Of a stretch of 61,355 bases of DNA, positions 28,855-37,804 are shown piece by piece. Under the pieces are notes generated by a model. It was not told the origin of the DNA and made no database searches. It saw only the letters and a program-made list of their open reading frames with translations. Where the stretch lies: positions 1 through 61,355 of IMG/VR virus record IMGVR_UViG_3300037180_000072; one strand, given 5' to 3'. Source of the stretch: a virus. Its lineage: Duplodnaviria > Caudoviricetes. The position numbers were made by a program, and so were the translations under genes. Position 1 is the first letter of the stretch. Each line of letters begins with the position of its first letter.

Positions 28855-29447
28855 TTCATTGCAATGTCCTTTCGCTGCGCCGATTTGGATATGTTGCTTT
28901 TGGTCACTGGGTCGGTTCGCATAGCCGCGTCCATGACGGCTTCGAAAAACACACGCTCCTCCGGCGAAACCATGAACTCGAATTCCAAATCCATATAGTC
29001 CCCATCTTCGTCCGGCATCTTGAGCGCTACGGATATGGCTTTCTTCAAGTCTTTCACGGTGGATTTTGGATCAAGGGCTACGTTGACAACTTCGGCGGGC
29101 AGGACAAGGGCGTAATCCTTGGCCGCGCGGAGCCGCATTGCTTTCGATATTCCCATAGCTTCCAGTTGCGCCGCTGAAAATGTGTCACTTAGATCGCGGA
29201 CAGTGAGAAAATATCGATGAAGCTGTTCGGGCGACCTGCGCGAAGTCATCGCGACTTCTTTCAGGTACTCGCGGAAAGTTTGGTAATGCAGGCGCCAGAA
29301 TTGCATCTCCGCAACTTCGAGTAGAAGCCAGCCAAGATGGGCATAGCCGCGCTCGCATTGGTCATCGGCAGCGGCCATTTCGGTCGCCTGGCGCTGCACG
29401 CGGCTGAGTGCGTCGCCGCCGGTCGCGTATTGGATTGAATCACTCAT
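28797..29447 (-). CDS. hypothetical protein
   Basis: 216-aa helical ORF coupled to its neighbours. Confidence 0.6.
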   Translation of the reverse strand: MSDSIQYATGGDALSRVQRQATEMAAADDQCERGYAHLGWLLLEVAEMQFWRLHYQTFREYLKEVAMTSRRSPEQLHRYFLTVRDLSDTFSAAQLEAMGISKAMRLRAAKDYALVLPAEVVNVALDPKSTVKDLKKAISVALKMPDEDGDYMDLEFEFMVSPEERVFFEAVMDAAMRTDPVTKSNISKSAQRKDIAMKWAMEYWGTYSVNYLGDGQ

Positions 29448-29854
29448 TGCAAATATTTCTTGTATACGCCAGCCTTCACCAACACCGCCCGAATCGCCGA
29501 ATATCCTTCGCCTTCGGGATAACCAAAGTGCGCAGCGATATCCGTGACTTTCTGCCCGCGACCTTCGGCATACAACGCGATAGCTTCGGCGGCATCGATC
29601 TTACGGCGTTTGCGAACGGGTTCCTCGGGCGCGTCCTCGACGGGCTCTTCGTGAACGGTGCCAACTTTTCGGCGAGATTGCATCGGAGGAATATCTGCCG
29701 GGTTGGGACGAATGCAATTCCAACAGGAGGCTCGCCACTCTCCGCTTGCGGTGCGCTTTGCGTAGCCATTCTCCTCCTTACCGCAAAAACCACATTTTCC
29801 ACGGGCATCGATCTCAGTGTGCGCAAGTTCAAAATCCAAAACCGCTACTGACAT
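29444..29854 (-). CDS. Zn-finger plus C-terminal helix-turn-helix-like protein
   Basis: CGFC...CWNC; AIALYAEGRGQKVTDIAAHFG. Confidence 0.55.
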   Translation of the reverse strand: MSVAVLDFELAHTEIDARGKCGFCGKEENGYAKRTASGEWRASCWNCIRPNPADIPPMQSRRKVGTVHEEPVEDAPEEPVRKRRKIDAAEAIALYAEGRGQKVTDIAAHFGYPEGEGYSAIRAVLVKAGVYKKYLQ

Positions 29855-30387
29855 GGCGTCTCCTCCTCAAGTTTTTTCATCCAAGATAACACACGCTCTA
29901 TTTGATCCATCGCAGCCATACCTTTAATTCTGGCAGCTATCAGGCTAACTACAATTACGTTTCCGGGAACATACCCTTTCGATGGAATTTTGCAAATCAG
30001 CGACGGGCTGTTGTTGCTTGGGCCACCCGCAAGACTTCGACGGTGCGCTAACGGAATCCCCAAAATCGGGCAAAGGTCAGGTATGGATACGTCACCGCGA
30101 TGAAGAGTGAACGGAACTTTTTTTCGGCGCGCACGATCCGCCGCGCTATTCAACATCACCCGAACCGGATGTTTTATGTCAGACCGCCGAGTCACCGCCG
30201 CCATACGCGCCCGACCCTCCGGGGTAGCCATCACTTTCAATCTCCGGTCTTTACTGCACTCCCGGCACTCACTCTGGTGCCCATCGGGCCGACCACGGTG
30301 ACAAGCAAAATCGCGTATATCTTTTTCTGTGCCGCACCGGCGGCACGTTTTGGACATCCGATTTATAACAAGCTTGTTATAATCCAT
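29845..30387 (-). CDS. degenerate HNH-type homing endonuclease
   Basis: CRRC/CREC Zn finger, CPILGIPL, SPSL..KGYVPGNV; the usual DR and N residues appear replaced. Confidence 0.6.
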   Translation of the reverse strand: MDYNKLVINRMSKTCRRCGTEKDIRDFACHRGRPDGHQSECRECSKDRRLKVMATPEGRARMAAVTRRSDIKHPVRVMLNSAADRARRKKVPFTLHRGDVSIPDLCPILGIPLAHRRSLAGGPSNNSPSLICKIPSKGYVPGNVIVVSLIAARIKGMAAMDQIERVLSWMKKLEEETPCQ

Positions 30388-30449
30388 CTTCCTGATTTCC
30401 AGTATACACCGGAGCGCCCGGCGTGAACAAGGTTTTTTCTACGGATGGC

Positions 30450-30653
30450 TCAAATCGAGCAGGGGCGTCGCCGCTGCGGAGCTGGATGAATGTCCGCCAG
30501 ATTTGGTCGAATGCAATTCCAGCAGCAGGCTTTCCATTTCCCGCCAGCGGATTGCTTGGCGTACACGTTTTCCTCTTTTCCGCAAAAACCGCATTTTCCA
30601 CGGGCATCCGTTTCTGTGTGAGCAAGTTCAAAATCAAGAACGGCTACGGACAT
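30450..30653 (-). pseudogene. truncated duplicate of the 29444..29854 Zn-finger gene
   Basis: First ~55 aa closely match (MSVAVLDFELAHTE.DARGKCGFCGKEEN), then an early stop. Confidence 0.6.
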
Positions 30654-30665
30654 GGTGCCTCCTGT

Positions 30666-31196
30666 TCATTTCTGAATTATACCAAGAGCCGACCTTCGCC
30701 GTCTAGCTAAAATAATTGCTCCGGCACCACCATCGCTATAGAACGCGCGCATCGATCCTTTGGTTTCACGCTCGCTCAAGTTATCCGTATACTCCGATAG
30801 AGCTTCTTTGATCTCATCAAACGGGTAGGTCATCAGAAGTTCAGCCACGGCGCGCTTGGCCGGGAGTACGCCGGTCAGTTCATAGGACAGCGAAGTCAGT
30901 TCCGCGATTTGAGGGTTATCCATATCGGTTTTGGTTTCCTCGGGCGCAGACCCCAGGCGCGAATCGATGACTTTCATGTATTCAGTGATCGGCCAAGGGA
31001 AGTTGTCGGATACGTGCTCGTGACACCAGGCTTCATAGTCAGCGAGCACAGCGGCCTTCCCGTACGCCTCGGCGATCAGTTCAAACTTGAATTTCAGGTT
31101 TGGCGGCGCACATCGCGTATTATGGAGTATTCGAGCCGATATTTTAGGTAAAGCCTTTATTAACTGCATTTTAGCCTCCAAATTCAACTTCTTCAA
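30666..31196 (-). CDS. hypothetical protein
   Basis: 176-aa ORF. Confidence 0.55.
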   Translation of the reverse strand: MKKLNLEAKMQLIKALPKISARILHNTRCAPPNLKFKFELIAEAYGKAAVLADYEAWCHEHVSDNFPWPITEYMKVIDSRLGSAPEETKTDMDNPQIAELTSLSYELTGVLPAKRAVAELLMTYPFDEIKEALSEYTDNLSERETKGSMRAFYSDGGAGAIILARRRRSALGIIQK

Positions 31197-31305
31197 TACT
31201 ATTTTTGTCTAAGCCCGAGTGTAAAACATGACCAATATGACTAAGTTGAAACCAAGTTCGATGCGCTACCTTTGAATATACACTAAGATGATGATAACAA
31301 TAGAC

Positions 31306-31686
31306 TTAGGTTTGAAACACTTTCAGTACAAGCACCCCTGGCTGTGGGTTAACTTTGCCATAATTCTTAACTTCGTCATAATCTCCACTGGGCCTTGCAA
31401 AAATTTGATCTTTCGGGTGTTTCCGGTTCCAGGTTCGAATTCTGTGACAATTTGAACACACTACCTCACATTTGTCCAGCTCTGCTCGAATCTCCTTTCG
31501 GCTGTGCGCACTCCACCAAGATAGGCCAAAATTTTTTGTGAATTCTGGGAGATGATCAAACTCCATTACTGAACGATGATACTGGATTCCACAATCAGCG
31601 CACGGTCGGTTTTTGGCATCTATTACCATACGCCGTCGTATGCTTCGGAGCTTACCTCGTTCGTCTATGATCCTATCCAGCTTCAT
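31306..31686 (-). CDS. HNH endonuclease
   Basis: CADC..MEFDHL..KCEVVCSNCHRIRT. Confidence 0.75.
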   Translation of the reverse strand: MKLDRIIDERGKLRSIRRRMVIDAKNRPCADCGIQYHRSVMEFDHLPEFTKNFGLSWWSAHSRKEIRAELDKCEVVCSNCHRIRTWNRKHPKDQIFARPSGDYDEVKNYGKVNPQPGVLVLKVFQT

Positions 31687-31691
31687 TTTAT

Positions 31692-32220
31692 GGGAATTAT
31701 ATACTTAACTTCCTCGGTTCTGTTGATGCCGCGAGATACAAAGGGTGCTTGGGTGTCCCGTTTTTGTTCTGTCCTAAGCACTTAACTTTGTCTTTCTTGA
31801 CAACCCAGTCTGCGATTTCTTTTGCTTCCGCCGTTAGCGGGTTGCTGCCCCATGCCGCGATGACAAGTTCGGAAACAGCCATCATTTTGTCCAATTCTTC
31901 GCGGTTACGCGGCCCCACTGGATTTTCTGCGGTCTGTAAATTCTTCGGATCGGTAGAACGGAATGCATATACGTTCCCCATCAACAACCAACTGAATCCC
32001 CATAACTTAGCAAAGCCTACACAGCGGCGAATTGTCGGGTCATCTATCTGTGCGTCTGCCGTAGACGGGTTGAGGCCCACAAACAGAACAATACGCTCGC
32101 CGTCCGAGACTTTACGAGTCAAACAGTAGCGATACTGTTGGTCTTCGCTAATCGTTGCCGATTGTTCTAGGTAATTCATAAGTTGCTGATTCTCCTGGGG
32201 AAGTTAAGTATATAGTTCCC
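31692..32220. mobile_element. non-autonomous TIR cassette (MITE/MIC-like) with 8-bp target-site duplication
   Basis: TIRs GGGAATTATATACTTAACTTCC (31692..31713) and GGAAGTTAAGTATATAGTTCCC (32199..32220), 21/22 match; flanking direct repeats CATTTTAT at 31684..31691 and 32221..32228. Confidence 0.85.
31697..32179 (-). CDS. DUF1643 family protein
   Basis: YRYCLTR..FVGLNPSTADA..DDPTIRRC..NVYAFRSTDP..AAWG..G.PKHPLY. Confidence 0.8.
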   Translation of the reverse strand: MNYLEQSATISEDQQYRYCLTRKVSDGERIVLFVGLNPSTADAQIDDPTIRRCVGFAKLWGFSWLLMGNVYAFRSTDPKNLQTAENPVGPRNREELDKMMAVSELVIAAWGSNPLTAEAKEIADWVVKKDKVKCLGQNKNGTPKHPLYLAASTEPRKLSI

Positions 32221-32224
32221 CATT

Positions 32225-34456
32225 TTATACCGTTTCCTCGTCCAGACTCAAGTCTCGCTGTCGTGAAACCTCCTCGATTGACTCGTCAGACCCCTGCTCA
32301 TTCATCGGTAGGAGCCTCCAGAACCAGTTTTTTCCCTGTTTGAAGTCCGCGACGCCCATTTTCTCTTTTGCCCGCCGTAGTGTCTCTACGGAGATTCCAG
32401 CCCCATTTTTGGCGTCTGCAATCAGCGTCACGCTGGGTTTTGGTTTGTTGTCTTGCAAATACCCCTCCAACCAATGTATAGCCCGCTGAAGCGCGTCGTT
32501 TGGCCGTCCAACACCTCGTGTGGGTCCAGGTTCGTTTACCTGTCGCCGGGCGCTCCCCAATGCATCATCCGCCGAGCCCTCAATCACGTCTCCCCAAACC
32601 ACGTACGGAATTGGTTTCATTTCCTGGCCTACGAGTACTGGACGCACGGCTACGCTGTAGGATAGTCCCGCTCGGGTAGCGGAAACCAGGTTGTTTTTAA
32701 TTCGCAGCATTGAAAACGTATCATGCTTTTGCGAATCCGGCGGAGTGTCTGGGGTTTCTTCCGTTTTTTCTTGTACGTTTCTTGCAAATAGCCACGAGCA
32801 TCGAGCCACTCCGATGAACGCCATCGCACCACCGACTCGGCTGATTGCCTCTAAATCGGTTTTCTTATTCAAGTGCATAACGATTACCACGGCAACCTTG
32901 AATTTTTCCGCCGCTCGTTTTAACGGAATCAAAATTGATCGCACTTCCTGTTCGGCAACCATGCTTATATCGCCGAGATAGTTACTTATGGGGTCGATGA
33001 TGACCAACCGGATGGCGGGGTTATTTTCAAGCTGCGCCTCAATTGCTGGAATATCAAAATCCAAACGCACCTCGCGGTCGTCCTGTTGAGTCGGGCGCAC
33101 TGCCTGAATAAAATGAATTCGTTTCAGGTTTGCGTTTGCAGCTATCAAGCGAGGAACGGCGGTGTCGTCTAAATCGTCTTCTCCCAAAAGCATAAGCACA
33201 TCGGCGGGCTCTCCGTCTACCGCCGACCCAGGAAATCGACCACCTGTACTGCATGTCGCAGCTATGCTAGTGGCCGCTAGGGATTTTCCGTTATCTGGGT
33301 TACCGGCCATGAGTGTGATTTTCCCTAACGGTATTTTCTCATTCCACAACCATCGTATACTTCTGACTTGAATCTGATCGCCGCGTACGATAATCGCTTC
33401 CGGTCGAGTCTGCACTGCCCGAGCTTTCCGATCCTCGACCAGCGCTCGAAACTTTTCAATATCGTTTCCGCAATCCTTGGTGAATACGTCGTTGGCGTCT
33501 TTGCGCCCATTCGGCCAGCGGATGACAAATGTGCTCCCGTTCAATCGATTTTGCAGCGAAGTCATCGCCGCGATTCCGGTTTTGTCGGTGTCTCCTGCCA
33601 GAAACACTCTCCTGGCGGCTAGGAGCGTTTCAATTTCCTCTTCCGTGGGTTTGTACCCGGACATGGGCAGTCCCACGGTCACGTACCCGGCTTGGGCCAT
33701 GACCAATGTGTCGGGCTCTCCCTCGACTACCCAAACATCTGACTGAGGATCGACGGCCTGCAAATTGAATAAGGTAGTGTCGGTGTCGAGCGCGCGAAGG
33801 ATGCCGGAATTTCCCTTGCCCGATTTTTTGGCTTTCTTCGCTACGAGGCTGCGGTACTTTACGGCAGTAACGGTTTGCCGATCCTCGGACAAGGTAGGAA
33901 AGAGAATCCAGCCGTCTTTGACCCACAAATTGTTTGGACTGATCTTTTCAGCGCTCTGCACGAACCCCAGGCAGAATTTACGTGATACGTCCATGCCGAT
34001 GCCGCGATCCGCCAGCCACTTTTGAGCTTCGGTCGACTTCTCAAGCGCGGCAATCGCCGGAGAGTACTGGGCCATGGTAAAGGTAGCGATCTTTTTGGAT
34101 TTCGAGCCTGTAGGCGGCGGAGCTTGTTCTTGGCCGTCTTGCCATCCCGCGATCCCAGCTTCGCTCAAAACTTTTTCGACGGCGGCGTTGAAGGATAAAG
34201 CGTCGAATTTTTGGATGAACTGGAACAAGTTTCCACTTTCGCCGCACCCGAAGCACTTATACCCCCAGACAGCATCGTCCAGTTTGTAAACCTTGAATGA
34301 TGGGTTTTTGTCGGGGTGGAATGGGCACAAACCGGCATATTCTTTCCCGTCGCGGCGCAAAGGAACACGAGACCCAATAATGCCGATTGGGCTGATCTCG
34401 CGTTTCCACCGATTTAAATCCTCGTCGGTGAACTTAACGGCAGTGGGTCGAGTCAT
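32225..34456 (-). CDS. primase-helicase (CHC2 Zn finger + TOPRIM + RecA-like AAA_25 helicase)
   Basis: CPFHPDKNPSF..YKCFGC; VVEGEPD; DTDKTG; Walker A GNPDNGKS; LVIIDP. Confidence 0.85.
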   Translation of the reverse strand: MTRPTAVKFTDEDLNRWKREISPIGIIGSRVPLRRDGKEYAGLCPFHPDKNPSFKVYKLDDAVWGYKCFGCGESGNLFQFIQKFDALSFNAAVEKVLSEAGIAGWQDGQEQAPPPTGSKSKKIATFTMAQYSPAIAALEKSTEAQKWLADRGIGMDVSRKFCLGFVQSAEKISPNNLWVKDGWILFPTLSEDRQTVTAVKYRSLVAKKAKKSGKGNSGILRALDTDTTLFNLQAVDPQSDVWVVEGEPDTLVMAQAGYVTVGLPMSGYKPTEEEIETLLAARRVFLAGDTDKTGIAAMTSLQNRLNGSTFVIRWPNGRKDANDVFTKDCGNDIEKFRALVEDRKARAVQTRPEAIIVRGDQIQVRSIRWLWNEKIPLGKITLMAGNPDNGKSLAATSIAATCSTGGRFPGSAVDGEPADVLMLLGEDDLDDTAVPRLIAANANLKRIHFIQAVRPTQQDDREVRLDFDIPAIEAQLENNPAIRLVIIDPISNYLGDISMVAEQEVRSILIPLKRAAEKFKVAVVIVMHLNKKTDLEAISRVGGAMAFIGVARCSWLFARNVQEKTEETPDTPPDSQKHDTFSMLRIKNNLVSATRAGLSYSVAVRPVLVGQEMKPIPYVVWGDVIEGSADDALGSARRQVNEPGPTRGVGRPNDALQRAIHWLEGYLQDNKPKPSVTLIADAKNGAGISVETLRRAKEKMGVADFKQGKNWFWRLLPMNEQGSDESIEEVSRQRDLSLDEETV

Positions 34457-34470
34457 AAAGAGGTTTGAGC

Positions 34471-35415
34471 CTATGCTTTTCGTTTTGCGAAAGCAATCTT
34501 CTTTTTCTCGGTTTGTTTCTCTTCCCGCTTGCGGAATGTCTTGAGTTTCTTTTCAGTTGACATTCTTTTCTCGATTGCTTTGTAGATCAGTGATAGGCTC
34601 AGGCAAGCCAAGTAACCTTTGAAATCATCCTCAAAATTGTATTCGTGCCATGACTCAAATTTCCCGTCTTCTTTCCCAAGCCTGAGAATCCACCGGGACT
34701 TGATCTCGGCGCCGGTCTCCTCCATCAGTGCATTTTGATACGCCGCCGTTTGCATCAAATATTCGAGGCTCAACTGGTTGCTTGATTTCCAGTCAATCAA
34801 GGATAACTCATCTAAAAACATTCGCGGGCAGCAGGTGGGATCATCGCAACTATCTACAGTGGCCGTCCCGTCCGACGTGCCCGCGTATTTGTATTGGCGC
34901 GAGTAGATTTTGTGCTCCGTGCTGATCCAGCGTACGTTGTGTTTCTGCATCCAATCGAAAGCCGCGAGCCCGCAGTTAACCGAGCGCTCGTCAGTCGGCG
35001 CAAAATCATTCATTTTCTCGACGATACTGCGTGTATTCGCAATGGCGTTGCGAATCGAGTTCTCAATCCAAGTGTGCGCCGCCGTGCCTACATCGCCAGC
35101 TTCTTCTAGCCGCTCGGTATGTGTGCTCTTGGCCTCCTCGGCGATCTGGCTAAATTCAACCCATGGTATAGCCTTGATGTTCTCGCCATCGCGGGGCATC
35201 GTGCGAAGGAGCTTCAGGAACATCATCTTGGCCGCCCAGGGCTTCAGGTAAGGCTTGTCGATGATTTTGGTGATGCCTGTTACGCCGGACTGAGCTTCGA
35301 GTGAACCGTCGTCGCGGACGAGGTAGTACGTCCATGAAGGCTCGTCAAAGCGTAGGGTGATCGCGCCGTTGTAGAACACCAACGGCGGACCCAGTTGTAA
35401 CTCGCGGGGCTTCAC
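34471..35415 (-). CDS. PD-(D/E)xK exonuclease-like protein
   Basis: GTAAH..YAGTSD..IDWKSS..QTAAY. Confidence 0.75.
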   Translation of the reverse strand: MKPRELQLGPPLVFYNGAITLRFDEPSWTYYLVRDDGSLEAQSGVTGITKIIDKPYLKPWAAKMMFLKLLRTMPRDGENIKAIPWVEFSQIAEEAKSTHTERLEEAGDVGTAAHTWIENSIRNAIANTRSIVEKMNDFAPTDERSVNCGLAAFDWMQKHNVRWISTEHKIYSRQYKYAGTSDGTATVDSCDDPTCCPRMFLDELSLIDWKSSNQLSLEYLMQTAAYQNALMEETGAEIKSRWILRLGKEDGKFESWHEYNFEDDFKGYLACLSLSLIYKAIEKRMSTEKKLKTFRKREEKQTEKKKIAFAKRKA

Positions 35416-35672
35416 GCCAGCTTAACCGGAGCGTAGTAGTACGATGTGCCCGTGTAGTCCATTTCCATGTCTGGATCAAATTCGTTCTTACCCGCCGCTG
35501 GATCGACGCGGAATATTGACGGTCGGGTCACTTGGATTTCATTTGCGCGCCTGGTTGCGTTCACGACGTGCTCTTTCGCTTGGTTTTCGTCCCGATAAGC
35601 GATCACGCACCATTCGGTGCGGTCACTGTACTCCCCAGTTTTCCCGAAAACTACATAGATGGTTTCGCTCAT
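35412..35672 (-). CDS. hypothetical phage protein
   Basis: IYVVFGKTGEYSDRTEWCV motif; GAGGAG RBS. Confidence 0.6.
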   Translation of the reverse strand: MSETIYVVFGKTGEYSDRTEWCVIAYRDENQAKEHVVNATRRANEIQVTRPSIFRVDPAAGKNEFDPDMEMDYTGTSYYYAPVKLA

Positions 35673-35857
35673 GGCTCCTCACTTTTCGAAATATTGGTGT
35701 AGCCGATGGTACCAATGCTCGGGGCCGATCTTGTGCGCGACTTTGCTGTGTGCAAAAATCCAGCCAAGGTATATGAGTAGAAAAGACAGTTCTACTCCCA
35801 CACCCTGCCAAAATCCAGTTACGATGTGGTCCAGAATTCGCTGGCCCATGGGCTAGA

Positions 35858-36292
35858 TCAAAATGGAATTTCGTCAGAGTCGTCCGGTACGGTCACCGGC
35901 TCCGGTTCGGCTGGCGCAGGCTGGGCCATTTGCTGGCTGGTGGAGTGCCCGTTTCGGTCGCCGGTAGACAAACCCTTGATGTCCGTGACGCTGATTTCCG
36001 TGGTATACCGCTTGACGCCATCTTTTTCCCACTGGCGTGTTTGAATTTTTCCTTCCACGTAGATCAGGTCGCCCTTGTGGAGATAGGGCTCGACAAAAGC
36101 TTGTACAGACGCGCCCCACAGAACTAGGGAATGCCACTCGACCTTCGATTGCTTGTTGCCGTCGCGATCCTTCCAAGACTCGTCCGTGGCGATGGTCATG
36201 TTTGCCACAGCTTTGCCTCCAGAAGTGAATCGGATTTCCGGGTCTTTCCCCAGCCGACCGATAAGGATGACTTTGTTCAGACTTGTGCTCAT
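35858..36292 (-). CDS. ssb: single-stranded DNA-binding protein
   Basis: LNKVILIGRLGKDPE..KGDLIYVEGKIQTRQW; acidic tail DDSDEIPF. Confidence 0.95.
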   Translation of the reverse strand: MSTSLNKVILIGRLGKDPEIRFTSGGKAVANMTIATDESWKDRDGNKQSKVEWHSLVLWGASVQAFVEPYLHKGDLIYVEGKIQTRQWEKDGVKRYTTEISVTDIKGLSTGDRNGHSTSQQMAQPAPAEPEPVTVPDDSDEIPF

Positions 36293-36322
36293 TTGTTGCT
36301 CCTTTTTGAATTTGAAATTCGT

Positions 36323-37300
36323 TTACTTCTTGCCCGCTGAGGGCGTGTTGGCGTTCTCCACCAACTCGGCCAGTGTCTTCCATCCGCCGGGGTTGGCGGT
36401 AGCTTTGTCCACGCGGGCAAAGAAATCATCCCAAAGCGCTTTCGATATTGTTTCCGTGGCTTTGTTTTTGGTGATCTCGAACAGGAAGATCAAAGTTTTG
36501 CGGTTGATCGGCAAACCTCGGGAAGCTTTTAGGCCGCCTTGCTCCGCGAGACCGATCCCCATCTTCCGAAACTTCTCGCGATAGCCGGTCATTTCAGCTT
36601 CGGTGGGTAGTGGTTCACTCGTGGCCGCTGGGGACGATGTAGACGTTGCAGTGGGCGCAGGGGCTGCCGCTGGTGCCGGTGATGGAGAAGCCATGGGTTT
36701 CGCACCAGACGATTGTGCGGTCTGTGGGGCCGGACGGACTGCTTGAGTCTGCTGCGCCGCTGCGGTTGGTCTCGTCGGCGCTTGGGTAGGGCGTTGGGCC
36801 TGCCGCTGGGCCTGCTGTGCTTGATGTGCGCGTATGGCGGGCGGCACCTGGGGGCGCTGCGCGGGCTGACTACGTTCGTCTACAGTTTCGTCTGCTTCGG
36901 GGTCTGCCGCATCGGGCACGAGAAAGGCGTTCTTCAGTGCGTACTTGAGTGCGCCGGTTTCAGCTTTGTACGCGGCTTTGTCTCCGGTATCCGCGCCGGT
37001 TCCCAAACCGCTACTGGTGAAGGTGTCCGTGCTCTCCAAATCGTGAAATGTAATGGAGCATTTTACATTTACCGCTGAGAACGGGGCATCCTTGCTCTTC
37101 TCTCGCGCGATGGTGTACGGCGTCCCAACAAAGTCGAATTCGACCTGGGCGTATATTTTCAACGCGATGAACTGCGCGCGAATCGCGTTGGTCACATCCG
37201 CCGCTCGGATGTAGTCGTATTTTTGAAACTCGTTTCGACCCCGCTTTTCGATTAGGTCGATCTCTTCGTAAATCTTGTGCAGCTTTTCTTTGAGTGTCAT
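36323..37300 (-). CDS. erf: Erf-family single-strand annealing protein
   Basis: IEKRGRNEFQKYDY..G.GADTGDKAAYKAETGALKYAL..DPEAD. Confidence 0.8.
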   Translation of the reverse strand: MTLKEKLHKIYEEIDLIEKRGRNEFQKYDYIRAADVTNAIRAQFIALKIYAQVEFDFVGTPYTIAREKSKDAPFSAVNVKCSITFHDLESTDTFTSSGLGTGADTGDKAAYKAETGALKYALKNAFLVPDAADPEADETVDERSQPAQRPQVPPAIRAHQAQQAQRQAQRPTQAPTRPTAAAQQTQAVRPAPQTAQSSGAKPMASPSPAPAAAPAPTATSTSSPAATSEPLPTEAEMTGYREKFRKMGIGLAEQGGLKASRGLPINRKTLIFLFEITKNKATETISKALWDDFFARVDKATANPGGWKTLAELVENANTPSAGKK

Positions 37301-37336
37301 TTCGAGTTCGCTCCTGGCGTTTTTTCGAAAACGGAT

Positions 37337-37696
37337 TTACGGCTTGGCCGGTGCAGCGGGTGCAGCGGGTGCAGTCGCGGCGGGGGTCTTGGCCGAAAAC
37401 GCCACGATGCCGGTGCCAGGGTCCACATTGTACGTTACGGTATTGGCGTCCCACTTGTTGGCCGCAACCACCGTGTTCAGGTCCGTATTGAAAATTGTGG
37501 TCGCGGTCTGGTACGCCTGCCCTTGCGGCGTCGCCAGCATTTGAAGCTGGGAAATTTGAACGTCCTTGTAGGCCAAGCGCAGTTGAGATTGCTGTGCGTC
37601 GGTCAAGGCGTACTTCGGCGCCGGAGTCTCGGCGATCAGAAACGCGCTTCCTCCAAACACCAACATCGCGATCACGGCTACTTTCGAGAATTTCAT
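37337..37696 (-). CDS. small secreted protein
   Basis: Start MKFSKVAVIAMLVFGGSAFLIA (signal-peptide-like); first gene after a sigma70 promoter. Confidence 0.55.
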   Translation of the reverse strand: MKFSKVAVIAMLVFGGSAFLIAETPAPKYALTDAQQSQLRLAYKDVQISQLQMLATPQGQAYQTATTIFNTDLNTVVAANKWDANTVTYNVDPGTGIVAFSAKTPAATAPAAPAAPAKP

Positions 37697-37740
37697 TGTT
37701 TCACCTGTTTCCTTTCGAATTTGTGTTGCATGTTCCCTCA

Positions 37741-37769
37741 AATTTATAGAAGTAAGGTGTTTTTGTCAA
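37741..37769 (-). promoter_or_regulatory. sigma70-type promoter
   Basis: TTGACA-17-TAAATT. Confidence 0.65.
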
Positions 37770-37804
37770 GACACTAGATGTAGGGGTTTCGCAAGAACAT
37801 CCTA

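Noticed and set aside
29033-29052. TATGG...AGTCTT resembling the late motif
   Set aside because: Spacer is 9 rather than 7 nt and the site is intragenic
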